This document shows, piece by piece, positions 8,040 through 17,120 of a DNA stretch of 64,000 bases; position 1 is the first letter of the stretch, and the number at the start of each line of letters is the position of its first letter. The DNA lies in NCBI GenBank assembly GCA_965372795.1, contig CBDVDR010000011.1, positions 1 through 64,000 of the forward strand, given 5' to 3'. The DNA is from an uncultured bacterium (lineage in GTDB: Bacteria > Zixibacteria > MSB-5A5 > GN15 > FEB-12). A program made the position numbers and the translations under genes. The notes under the pieces are model-generated. The model saw only the letters and a list, made by a program, of their open reading frames with translations. It did no database searches and was not told the origin of the DNA.

Positions 8040-9947
8040 ATGAATAATTCTGTTGATCGAATCAGTGAATTGCTGTCTCAACTGCAATCATCAGATTTTT
8101 ATGAGCGAGAACAGGCTGTTACTGAGCTTGGGTCATATAAAGCTGATGAGGCTGTTGCCGGGCTGGTAATGGCAATTGAAGATCCAGATGCTGGAATTCG
8201 TGAAATTGCTGCCGATTATCTATCCAGAATGGATGGCGATATTACTCCTCGACTATTGATTAATTTTCTTGCTCATGATGAAATCACAACCAGGAATCTT
8301 GCGGCGGAGATAATTGTTAAGATCGGACCAAAAGCTGTACCATTTCTAATTAGTTCTATTGATGTAGATGATTATGATGTTCGGAAATTTATCGTTGATA
8401 TTCTTGGGCTTATCAAAGATGAGAGGTCTGTTGAAACCTTATGTCAGCGATTATGGGATGAAAATATAAATGTTGTTTGTTCTGCTGCAGAAGCCCTTGG
8501 AATGGTTGGAAATCCCGAAGCTATTCCAGCTTTAGTTGCCGCTTTTGAAAAGATTGAAGATACTCAACTTCAAGCTCTTGAAGCTCTTGGGAAAATTGGT
8601 GATCCTTCATCATTAGAATATCTCTATAAATTTATTCAGACTGATGATTCAATGATATTGTATGCCGGGATTGAGGCGATAGGGTTGATCGGTGAGCCAT
8701 CTTCGGTAAAGATTCTGACAAACTACTTAAATTATGAAGATTCTTCAATATCAGAAATTGCATTAATGGCAATAATCAATATAAGTATCCTCAATGATGG
8801 GAAAATTGATTATGATTTTCCATTGGATAAATTTTCGGATTTTCTCTTTGAAGGCATAAAGAATAAAGATAAAAACATTACTGATTTTACTTTAGATCGC
8901 TTAAAACATTGGTTTGGTAATAATGTAATTCATGGATTGGTTGATGTAATTGATTCTGTTGAAGTTGAAGAGAAAAAATTGATTGTTGAGACGCTTGGAC
9001 AAGTAGGCGGTTCGGCCACAAAAATAATTCTTGAAAAGTTTCCCGGTGCTACACCCGAAGCGAAGAAAGTACTCCTCGATATTATTAAACAATCTATTGA
9101 TGATGATGTAACTCAGGAATTAATATTATATGCAAAAGACCCCGAACCTGAAGTACGACAGAAAATAGCTCATATAATCGGTTTTTCAAGTTTAGAAAAA
9201 GGACCGGAGATTCTAAAAAAACTTGCATCAGATGAGATTGGTCATGTTCGTTCAGCTGCTTATGCCGCTTTAGGCTGGTTATGTGGCGAAGAAGAGGTTG
9301 ATTTCATTAATCAAGGATTAGATGATAAGTATAAAGATGTTCGTGAAGCTTCAGCCGGAGCTATGATGATAATTGGCGGTCCAAAAGTCATTGAAAAATT
9401 TCATGAAGCTCTTTTTCAGGATGATGCTGAAAAGCAACGCATTGCTGTGATGGCGTTAGGAATGATAGGAGACGATTCGGTCGTAACTCCTCTTATCGAA
9501 GCCATTAATCATCCCGAAGAATCTGTTCGCAGATCAGCAATTATAGCATTATCCAGAATCGGAGATAAGACCGCAATCGAATCAATTACTGTTGCTTTAA
9601 ATGATGAAAGCAGCCAGGTAAGAAAAGCGGCAGTTTCCGGATTGTTGGAATTGGTGGGGGAAGAGGCCGTCCATGAAATCAGATTATTGCTCGAAGATGT
9701 CGATCTTTGGGTGAGATATCATACTATAAATGCAATTGGAGAAACTTGTAATATTACATTTAGTGAATACATCATACCCTATTTGTCCGATGAGCAGGAT
9801 ATAATAAAGATTGCAGCTTTAAAAGCTGTGACCCGGATGGGTTGTAGGCAAGTTGTGCCATCAATCAGTAAATTATGCAATAATGCGAATGAAGATCTTG
9901 TCAAAGCTGCCAATCAAGCTATTAGCAGTTTGGAAGGAGCAATGTAA
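8040..9947 (+). CDS. HEAT/PBS-lyase-repeat protein
   Basis: Many ~31-aa repeats of the type VRxxAxxALGxIGDxxAVxxLIxxLxD across 635 aa. Confidence 0.9.
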   Translation: MNNSVDRISELLSQLQSSDFYEREQAVTELGSYKADEAVAGLVMAIEDPDAGIREIAADYLSRMDGDITPRLLINFLAHDEITTRNLAAEIIVKIGPKAVPFLISSIDVDDYDVRKFIVDILGLIKDERSVETLCQRLWDENINVVCSAAEALGMVGNPEAIPALVAAFEKIEDTQLQALEALGKIGDPSSLEYLYKFIQTDDSMILYAGIEAIGLIGEPSSVKILTNYLNYEDSSISEIALMAIINISILNDGKIDYDFPLDKFSDFLFEGIKNKDKNITDFTLDRLKHWFGNNVIHGLVDVIDSVEVEEKKLIVETLGQVGGSATKIILEKFPGATPEAKKVLLDIIKQSIDDDVTQELILYAKDPEPEVRQKIAHIIGFSSLEKGPEILKKLASDEIGHVRSAAYAALGWLCGEEEVDFINQGLDDKYKDVREASAGAMMIIGGPKVIEKFHEALFQDDAEKQRIAVMALGMIGDDSVVTPLIEAINHPEESVRRSAIIALSRIGDKTAIESITVALNDESSQVRKAAVSGLLELVGEEAVHEIRLLLEDVDLWVRYHTINAIGETCNITFSEYIIPYLSDEQDIIKIAALKAVTRMGCRQVVPSISKLCNNANEDLVKAANQAISSLEGAM

Positions 9948-10327
9948 TGGAGCAGCATACCATCTTAGTTGTAGATGATGAACTCTTAATAAGAGACCTG
10001 TTATATGATTTTTTTAATAGCCAGGGATGGGATATTAAAGTTGCTGAGAATGGAGAACGGGCTCTTGAAATAGTTGAATCTGAAAAGATTGATTTAATTT
10101 TAACAGATTTAAAAATGCCAATAATGGATGGCATGGAACTAACCAAGCAAATAAAAGAAAACCATCCGGATTTACCAGTCATCGTAATGACCGGATATCC
10201 ATCGGTTGACTCAGCCGTTGAGGCACTTCGCAACAAAGTTGCAGATTATATTGTAAAACCATTCAATATCAATCAATTGTATAAAGTGGTTGAGTCAGAA
10301 GTAAGTAATAAAGAAGGGGCTAAATAA
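9947..10327 (+). CDS. Single-domain response regulator receiver
   Basis: ILVVDDE...LILTDLKMP...MTG...YIVKPF. Confidence 0.92.
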   Translation: MEQHTILVVDDELLIRDLLYDFFNSQGWDIKVAENGERALEIVESEKIDLILTDLKMPIMDGMELTKQIKENHPDLPVIVMTGYPSVDSAVEALRNKVADYIVKPFNINQLYKVVESEVSNKEGAK

Positions 10328-10355
10328 ACCTAATAGGTTTATGTAAAGGAATTAT

Positions 10356-11351
10356 ATGTTAACTAATCCTGCAATAGAACCGGAAATGACTCATGAAGAG
10401 TTCGTTTTAATACGGGATTACATTCACGAAAAATCTGGAATGTTTTTTGCAGATAACAAAATGTATCTGGTGAAAAACAGGCTGACTAAACGAATGTCAG
10501 ATTTAGATATAAAAAGCTTCAAGGATTATTTCTATCGAGTAAAATATGATACATCATTAAAAGAATTTAACTGTTTGATGAATCTTGTTACAACCAACGA
10601 AACCAGTTTCTATAGAAATGAACCGCAATTATTATCCTTTTCTGATGAAGTTCTTCCTCTGATTATTAAGGAAAAAACAGAGAACAATCTGCCTAAAACG
10701 ATTAAAATATGGAGCGCCGGTTGTTCGACCGGAGAAGAACCATATACAAACGCTATTATACTGCTGGAGAGATTTAAAAATTTGCACAATTGGCGTTTTG
10801 AAATAATTGCCAATGATATTTCAGAGCAAGTTCTTCAAAAAGCTCGAAAGGGTGAGTATAGTGGCATAACACTCCGCAATGTCAAACCTGAAATACTTGA
10901 AAAGTATTACACAAAAGTTGGAGATATTTATCGAGTAAACGCTGAAGTAAGAGCGGTAGTTAAATTTACACATATGAACTTAAATGATGACCGTAAGATA
11001 TCAATGAATAATAATTTTGATGTCATTTTTTGTAGAAATGTTATGATATATTTTTCAGATGGAGTAAAAAAGAAAATTGTTAGAGGATTTTACAATGTCT
11101 TGAACCCGGGCGGGTATTTTTATATCGGTCACTCAGAAACTCTCCATGGAATTTCAAAGGCATTTAAATTAGTATATTTTAAGAACGCATTGGTTTATCA
11201 AAAAGAAGCAGTCAGATCTGAAATAGAAAAATCACCAACACCGGAAATTGGAATCACAAAAAGGAAAAATGTTGATCTTATAGCTGGAAGCGGCGCTTCA
11301 AGAGCGATGGAATTATTGAAAAAAATTAAACCAATGACAGTAAACAAGTAA
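10356..11351 (+). CDS. cheR: Chemotaxis methyltransferase CheR
   Basis: TTNETSFYR, IWSAGCSTGEEPYT, DVIFCRNVMIYF, GHSE; plus a ~45-aa C-terminal tail. Confidence 0.96.
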   Translation: MLTNPAIEPEMTHEEFVLIRDYIHEKSGMFFADNKMYLVKNRLTKRMSDLDIKSFKDYFYRVKYDTSLKEFNCLMNLVTTNETSFYRNEPQLLSFSDEVLPLIIKEKTENNLPKTIKIWSAGCSTGEEPYTNAIILLERFKNLHNWRFEIIANDISEQVLQKARKGEYSGITLRNVKPEILEKYYTKVGDIYRVNAEVRAVVKFTHMNLNDDRKISMNNNFDVIFCRNVMIYFSDGVKKKIVRGFYNVLNPGGYFYIGHSETLHGISKAFKLVYFKNALVYQKEAVRSEIEKSPTPEIGITKRKNVDLIAGSGASRAMELLKKIKPMTVNK

Positions 11352-11379
11352 TTAATAAATAAATATACAGGAATAAGGC

Positions 11380-11751
11380 ATGGGACAAATAATTTTAGTT
11401 GTAGATGACTCACCAACAGTGGTAAAGTTTGTATCTTTTTCACTGAAGAAGAGTGGCTACACGGTCGTTACTGCCTGTGATGGAATGGATGCGATTGAAA
11501 AAATATCAAATCTTCCAAACGATGTCAATCTGGTTATAACTGATTTGAATATGCCAAACCTAGATGGATACGGATTGATAGCTACTCTGAGAGAAAATCA
11601 GGAATATCAGGAAACACCGATTATTATCCTGACTTCAGAAGATGGCGAGGAAGATAAAGATAAAGGCATTGAAGTAGGTGCAAATTCTTATTTGGTGAAA
11701 CCTTTTAAGTCGTCGCTTCTGTTAGAGGAAGTTTCGAAGTATTTGAAATAA
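11380..11751 (+). CDS. cheY: CheY-like response regulator
   Basis: ILVVDDS...ITDLNMPNLDG...ILTSE...YLVKPF, inside the che cluster. Confidence 0.85.
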   Translation: MGQIILVVDDSPTVVKFVSFSLKKSGYTVVTACDGMDAIEKISNLPNDVNLVITDLNMPNLDGYGLIATLRENQEYQETPIIILTSEDGEEDKDKGIEVGANSYLVKPFKSSLLLEEVSKYLK

Positions 11752-11779
11752 AAAAAAATGATTATAAACTGGAGGCACA

Positions 11780-12154
11780 ATGGCAGATTTAAAAATACTT
11801 GCCGTAGATGACAGCCCAACGATGAGACGAATCATTGTGAACACTTTGAAAAGAGCCGGATACAGTGATGTTATTGAAGCTACCGATGGCAAGGACGCAT
11901 TAGCAAAACTTAAAGTTGAGACCATCAACTTTGTAATTACAGATTGGAATATGCCTGAAATGGATGGTTTAACACTGGTCACACAAATTCGTAAATCAAG
12001 CGAATTGAAGCAGTTGCCAATTCTTATGGTAACTACTCGATCGGTGAAGGATGATATCGTTGAGGCGTTAAAAGCTGGAGTAAATAATTATATTGTTAAG
12101 CCTTTTACTCCTGATACACTCAAAGAAAAAATTTCAGAGATTTTAGGTACCTAG
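11780..12154 (+). CDS. cheY: Chemotaxis response regulator CheY
   Basis: ILAVDDSPTMRRI...ITDWNMPEMDG...LPILMVTT...NYIVKPFT, classical CheY; adjacent to cheZ. Confidence 0.93.
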   Translation: MADLKILAVDDSPTMRRIIVNTLKRAGYSDVIEATDGKDALAKLKVETINFVITDWNMPEMDGLTLVTQIRKSSELKQLPILMVTTRSVKDDIVEALKAGVNNYIVKPFTPDTLKEKISEILGT

Positions 12155-12175
12155 TAAAATATTATGGAGGAAAAA

Positions 12176-12763
12176 ATGGCAGGTTTAAATAGTTTACAAG
12201 ATAAGATAAGAAATGAAGTCACGGAATTAGCGGGTTCATTAAAAGAGATTGTTGATAAGTTTAACCAACTACAACACCCGATTGAGGAATCTCATGTAAA
12301 AGTTCCGAAGGCTACCAAGCAGCTTGATAAAATAAGTGAACAGACAGAAGTTGCGACTCAGCGGATGCTTGATACAATTGAAGCTATAACCGAAAGAGAG
12401 CAAGAAGTATCTTCCGGATTAAAAAAGATACAGGATTGTACAACGGTCGAACAAATAAATTCATCAAAAGAATTAATTGCAGAATTGATTGAGAAATCAG
12501 ATGCTAATTGTAATGATGCTTATTCTATAATGGATACACTCCAATTTCAGGATATTACCGCCCAGCAAATGGACCATGCCGCTTCATTGCTTGAAGATAT
12601 AGAAGTGAAGCTTCATCAGATAATTAAAGTTATGGACGGTGATCAGACAGAAAGTAAGCCGGAAGATAGCAATAAAAAAGAGCGTGCTTATGATCCTCAT
12701 GCTGATATGTTTGAAAGTAAAACCAATCAGCAGGATATTGATTCTATATTTCAAAAAAAATAA
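12176..12763 (+). CDS. cheZ: CheY phosphatase CheZ
   Basis: TEVAT, LQFQDITAQQ (DxxxQ catalytic motif) and C-terminal NQQDIDSIF helix. ATG 12176 follows GGAGG. Confidence 0.85.
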   Translation: MAGLNSLQDKIRNEVTELAGSLKEIVDKFNQLQHPIEESHVKVPKATKQLDKISEQTEVATQRMLDTIEAITEREQEVSSGLKKIQDCTTVEQINSSKELIAELIEKSDANCNDAYSIMDTLQFQDITAQQMDHAASLLEDIEVKLHQIIKVMDGDQTESKPEDSNKKERAYDPHADMFESKTNQQDIDSIFQKK

Positions 12764-12781
12764 AAAAGGGCTATTTTTAAA

Positions 12782-14581
12782 ATGACTTCAGATGTAGATT
12801 TTGAACTGGATGAAATGCAGGAAATCATTGATGATTTTCTAGTTGAAGCGGATGAACTTATCGATTCACTTGATAATAATTTTGTGAAACTGGAAACTAA
12901 CACTGATGATCCTGAATTGTTAAATGAAATATTCAGAGCTGCCCATACCATTAAAGGAACATCAAGCTTTCTCGGCTTTGATCAGGTAACTACTTTATCT
13001 CATCGGATGGAGGATATTTTAAATAAACTCCGTAAATCCGAAATGCAACTATCTGCGGAAATTATGGATGTTTTGTTAGAGGCCCTGGATAACTTGAAAG
13101 TGCTTCTTGATAAAGTAAGAGAGAAAGATACAGAAGAATTAGATATTAATAATATTCTTCAAGGCTTACAAGCAATACTTGATGTTGAATCTAATGGAGA
13201 TACTGAAGCAGCAGTAAAAGAAGAACCAGATCCAGATCAAACAGATTCATTTGATCAGGATGCAGAAATAAAAGCTCTTCTGGAGGCATCGGCAAAAAAA
13301 ATAGATATCCCAAAAGTTGATATTAATACTTCAAATGTAACTGCGACTCAAAAGGTTAAAACTAAAGCTCCCGTTAAAAAACCTGCCACCGATCAAACAA
13401 TTCGCGTTGATGTTAATCGTTTGGATTCACTGATGAATATGATGGGTGAATTAGTTTTAGGCAGAAACAGTTTAGTTCAAACTATGAATAAATTGAATTT
13501 GGAGAATGAAGGCGAATTCAAACTTGAACAGCTTAATCAATCGACTAATTCAGTAAATTTCATTACAACTGAATTGCAAATGGCTGTGATGAAAATGAGA
13601 ATGCTTCCAATTGGAAAAGTATTCAATCGGTATCCTCGTTTAGTACGGGACCTTGCACGAGATGCAAAAAAACAGATTGATCTTGAAATTTACGGTGAAA
13701 CAACCGAGTTGGATAAATCCGTTATTGAAGAAATTGGTGATCCATTAGTTCATATTATTAGAAATTCCTGCGACCATGGGGTGGAAACTCCTGAAGAACG
13801 GCTGGCAATTGGGAAACCTGCCAAAGGAACCGTAAAGTTGGAAGCCTCTCAGGAAGGCTCTAATATTATAATCAAAGTGACTGATGATGGACGAGGGTTT
13901 GATATTAAGGCAATTAAACGAAAAGCCGTTGAAAAAGGAATGACGACAGAACTTGAAGTAGAAAAAATGACAGATAAAGAAGTGTTTAATTATATTTTAG
14001 AACCGGGATTTTCAACCGCAAAAAAAGTAACAGATGTTTCTGGTCGCGGGGTTGGAATGGATGTGGTTAGGACAAATATAGTTAAGCTTAATGGTATGGT
14101 TGAACTGGATTCAAAATTAAATGTAGGTACTGTTATTACCATTAAACTTCCATTAACATTAGCAATTATTCAGGGATTACTTGTTGAAGCAGATACCGAA
14201 GTATTCATCCTTCCGCTTGCGTCAGTTTATGAAACAGTCAAGACCGCGAATTCAAGCATGCACTATGTTAATCAAAGACCGGTTCTGAGATTAAGAGATG
14301 AAATTATACCAATTATTAATTTAAACGAACTTCTAAATTTAAATAGCTCAACCTTTGATTTATCTGATAAGCCATATATTGTAATTGTAGGATTAGCAGA
14401 AAAGAAATTAGGCATAATTGTTGATCGTTTCCTCGGTCAAGAAGAAGTTGTCATAAAATCATTGGGAAGTTTTCTTGGTAATACCGAAGGTATTGCCGGT
14501 GCTACAATATTGGGCGACGGCAGGATTCGGTTAATAGTCGATATGATGGGAATGTTTAAAGTAGCTAAACAAATATGTTAA
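12782..14581 (+). CDS. cheA: Chemotaxis histidine kinase CheA
   Basis: Hpt IFRAAHTIKG, TIRVDV dimerisation, HIIRNSCDHG, DDGRG, SGRGVGMDVV, C-terminal CheW-like P5. No obvious P2 domain. Confidence 0.97.
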   Translation: MTSDVDFELDEMQEIIDDFLVEADELIDSLDNNFVKLETNTDDPELLNEIFRAAHTIKGTSSFLGFDQVTTLSHRMEDILNKLRKSEMQLSAEIMDVLLEALDNLKVLLDKVREKDTEELDINNILQGLQAILDVESNGDTEAAVKEEPDPDQTDSFDQDAEIKALLEASAKKIDIPKVDINTSNVTATQKVKTKAPVKKPATDQTIRVDVNRLDSLMNMMGELVLGRNSLVQTMNKLNLENEGEFKLEQLNQSTNSVNFITTELQMAVMKMRMLPIGKVFNRYPRLVRDLARDAKKQIDLEIYGETTELDKSVIEEIGDPLVHIIRNSCDHGVETPEERLAIGKPAKGTVKLEASQEGSNIIIKVTDDGRGFDIKAIKRKAVEKGMTTELEVEKMTDKEVFNYILEPGFSTAKKVTDVSGRGVGMDVVRTNIVKLNGMVELDSKLNVGTVITIKLPLTLAIIQGLLVEADTEVFILPLASVYETVKTANSSMHYVNQRPVLRLRDEIIPIINLNELLNLNSSTFDLSDKPYIVIVGLAEKKLGIIVDRFLGQEEVVIKSLGSFLGNTEGIAGATILGDGRIRLIVDMMGMFKVAKQIC

Positions 14582-14593
14582 TTGGTGTCCATT

Positions 14594-15712
14594 ATGGGAT
14601 CTAAAAATATTAACAAAGTAATCAAAGTATTGATAGTTGATGATTCGGCATTCATGCGAAAAGCTATAGGCATGATGCTCGAATCTGATCCTAATATAAA
14701 AGTTATAGGTACTGCCAGAGACGGTGAAGAGGGTGTTGAAAAAGTTAAAACTCTTAATCCTGATTTGGTTACAATGGATATTGAAATGCCCCGGATGGAT
14801 GGTCTTACGGCATTACGAGAAATCATGAATTCCAATCCAGTACCGGTGATAATGTTATCGTCATTAACAACCGATGGAGCCAGTGCTACCCTTGATGCCT
14901 TTGAACTTGGTGCGGTTGACTTTATACCGAAACAGTTATCATTTGTTAGCTTGGATATTGTTAAAATAAAAGAAGATTTGCTGAAAAAAATTAAAGATAT
15001 TGCCCGACGCAAAAATATATTGATGGCGCAGTATCGCCGCAAAAAATTCAATCAGATTAAATTTGGCGTTGGAACAAAAGATACTAAAATTTCCCATATC
15101 AGTTCTGGAACTACACTACGAAGAGGAATATCAAGAAGAAATCACCCGATAAGAATGATAGCGATTGGTTCCTCAACCGGCGGACCGCCGGCTCTTCAAG
15201 CAGTTATAACCAAATTACCGAGAAATTTACCAGTAGGTATCTTGATAGCTCAACATATGCCGCCGCAATTTACAAAATCAATGGCTGATAGATTAGATTC
15301 CCTTTCTCAGGTAAGAGTAATTGAAGCTAAGGGTGGAGAGAAAATTTCTGCCGGAACTGTATATATTGCCCCGGGTGGAAAACATTTAACAATCAGAAAA
15401 TCAGGCTCATGTGTTTATACCGTAGTGAGTGAAAAACCTGTTGATTCTGCTTATAAGCCGAGTGTGGATCTTCTAATGAACTCTATTGCTAAAATTTATG
15501 GTAAAGTAGGAATGGGAGTTATTTTAACCGGTATGGGCAGTGACGGCGTGAACGGAATTAGGAATCTTAAATCAAAGGGTGGCATCATAATAGCTCAAAA
15601 TGAAGAGTCCTGTGTTGTATATGGAATGCCAAAAGCAGTCATAGAAGCCAAAGTGACCAATCATATTACTTCAATAGATAATATTGCCCACGAAATTATC
15701 AGTTATTTTTGA
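14594..15712 (+). CDS. cheB: Chemotaxis methylesterase CheB
   Basis: Receiver domain plus GSSTGG, QHMP and LTGMGSDG (Ser-His-Asp triad intact). Confidence 0.97.
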   Translation: MGSKNINKVIKVLIVDDSAFMRKAIGMMLESDPNIKVIGTARDGEEGVEKVKTLNPDLVTMDIEMPRMDGLTALREIMNSNPVPVIMLSSLTTDGASATLDAFELGAVDFIPKQLSFVSLDIVKIKEDLLKKIKDIARRKNILMAQYRRKKFNQIKFGVGTKDTKISHISSGTTLRRGISRRNHPIRMIAIGSSTGGPPALQAVITKLPRNLPVGILIAQHMPPQFTKSMADRLDSLSQVRVIEAKGGEKISAGTVYIAPGGKHLTIRKSGSCVYTVVSEKPVDSAYKPSVDLLMNSIAKIYGKVGMGVILTGMGSDGVNGIRNLKSKGGIIIAQNEESCVVYGMPKAVIEAKVTNHITSIDNIAHEIISYF

Positions 15713-15725
15713 TTAAAAGTTTTTG

Positions 15726-15754
15726 TTGAAAAGTTTCCCTTGTATTTCTATTCT
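15726..15754 (+). promoter_or_regulatory. Putative sigma70 promoter of the flagellar two-component system
   Basis: TTGAAA-N17-TATTCT upstream of the GGAG RBS and ATG 15783. Confidence 0.5.
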
Positions 15755-15782
15755 CATTCAAAAAGGGTGGTCGGAGATTTTC

Positions 15783-17099
15783 ATGGATGAGAAAAGGAAT
15801 GTCATGCCGGAATATACTTCAGAATCTGCTGAAATATCAAAATTTGCTGATTCCTATGCATCTTTTAATAGGATCATTAATACTCTTCAAAGGAAATATA
15901 TTGAGTTAAAAGATGATTTTTCTCAACAAAATGAAGAGTTGTCGCGAACTAATATCAAATTAGTCGATCTCAGCGAAAAAAATATCGTTGCTACCGAGTT
16001 TTTGAACAGTATTATCAATTCTATTTCAATCGGTGTTATAGCTATTGATCAAAATGGAAGAATTACTCATTTTAATCCAGCAGCCTCAATAATCTTAGGT
16101 GTTCCACAACAAGAACCATTTGGGAAACATTATCGGGATGTCATACCAGTCGGAAAACCGGTTTATGCCAACGCTCTAAGAACTGTAGAATCAGGAAGAA
16201 TGGCTGACTCGATTGAGAAAAACATAGAACTGGAAGATGGTACAATCCTATATTTGACGGTTTCGACTTCACTTTTAAAAGATAGCGAAGGAACAATTCA
16301 GGGAGCGGTTGAAGTTTTTCAAGATCTGACAAAGATAAAAAAAATGGAGCAGGAAATTGCCCGTTTGAATACTTTGGCGGCGCTGGGGGAGATGGCTGCC
16401 ACAATTGCTCATGAAGTAAGAAATCCTTTGTCCGGTATCACCGGATTTGCGGCTCTTCTCGAACAGGACATGGATAAAAATGATCCGAATCGGAAACTTG
16501 TTAAAAAAATTATTCGGGGAGTTAACAATCTTAACGATACCGTAACCTCATTATTAAATTACACTCGCCTTGAAGAGATAAATAAAACAACAATAGATTT
16601 CAATAAATATATCAAAGAGACCATCCGTCAATATCTCCAGGAAAATCCTGAAGCGGCGGAAAAAGTAAAAATAAAATTTTATTTTTCAAATGATAGTAAT
16701 TCAGAAATTGCTGCTTCGCTAGATAAACTTTTATTTCGTCAGGTTTTTTATAATATCTTCACCAATGCTGTTGAAGTCAGTGAACATAACAGCATTGTTG
16801 ATATCCAGGTGAAGAAACTTCCCCGACAAACGGCCGTGTCCAAGTACTCAAAGAGATTGTTGCTGGGAGTAGATGAAACAGTTATTGAAACTATTATTTC
16901 CGATAATGGCACAGGTATATCAATGGAAAACCTTGATCATATATTTGCTCCGTTTTTTACAACGAAGCAGGAAGGGAACGGTCTTGGTTTAGCAATCTCA
17001 TGGAAGATAGTGAAAGCTCACAGCGGAGAAATTTTTGCTGAAAGCAGTTCTAAAAAGGGGACGTCTTTTACAATCCTTTTACCAGCAAAAATTGGGTAA
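15783..17099 (+). CDS. Cytoplasmic PAS histidine kinase (FlgS/FlrB/FleS-like)
   Basis: Coiled coil, PAS domain, AHEVRNPL H box, DNGTG, PFFTTK and GNGLGL; no TM segment. Confidence 0.9.
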   Translation: MDEKRNVMPEYTSESAEISKFADSYASFNRIINTLQRKYIELKDDFSQQNEELSRTNIKLVDLSEKNIVATEFLNSIINSISIGVIAIDQNGRITHFNPAASIILGVPQQEPFGKHYRDVIPVGKPVYANALRTVESGRMADSIEKNIELEDGTILYLTVSTSLLKDSEGTIQGAVEVFQDLTKIKKMEQEIARLNTLAALGEMAATIAHEVRNPLSGITGFAALLEQDMDKNDPNRKLVKKIIRGVNNLNDTVTSLLNYTRLEEINKTTIDFNKYIKETIRQYLQENPEAAEKVKIKFYFSNDSNSEIAASLDKLLFRQVFYNIFTNAVEVSEHNSIVDIQVKKLPRQTAVSKYSKRLLLGVDETVIETIISDNGTGISMENLDHIFAPFFTTKQEGNGLGLAISWKIVKAHSGEIFAESSSKKGTSFTILLPAKIG

Positions 17100-17120
17100 T
17101 AATTAGATGGAGTGCTTGTT

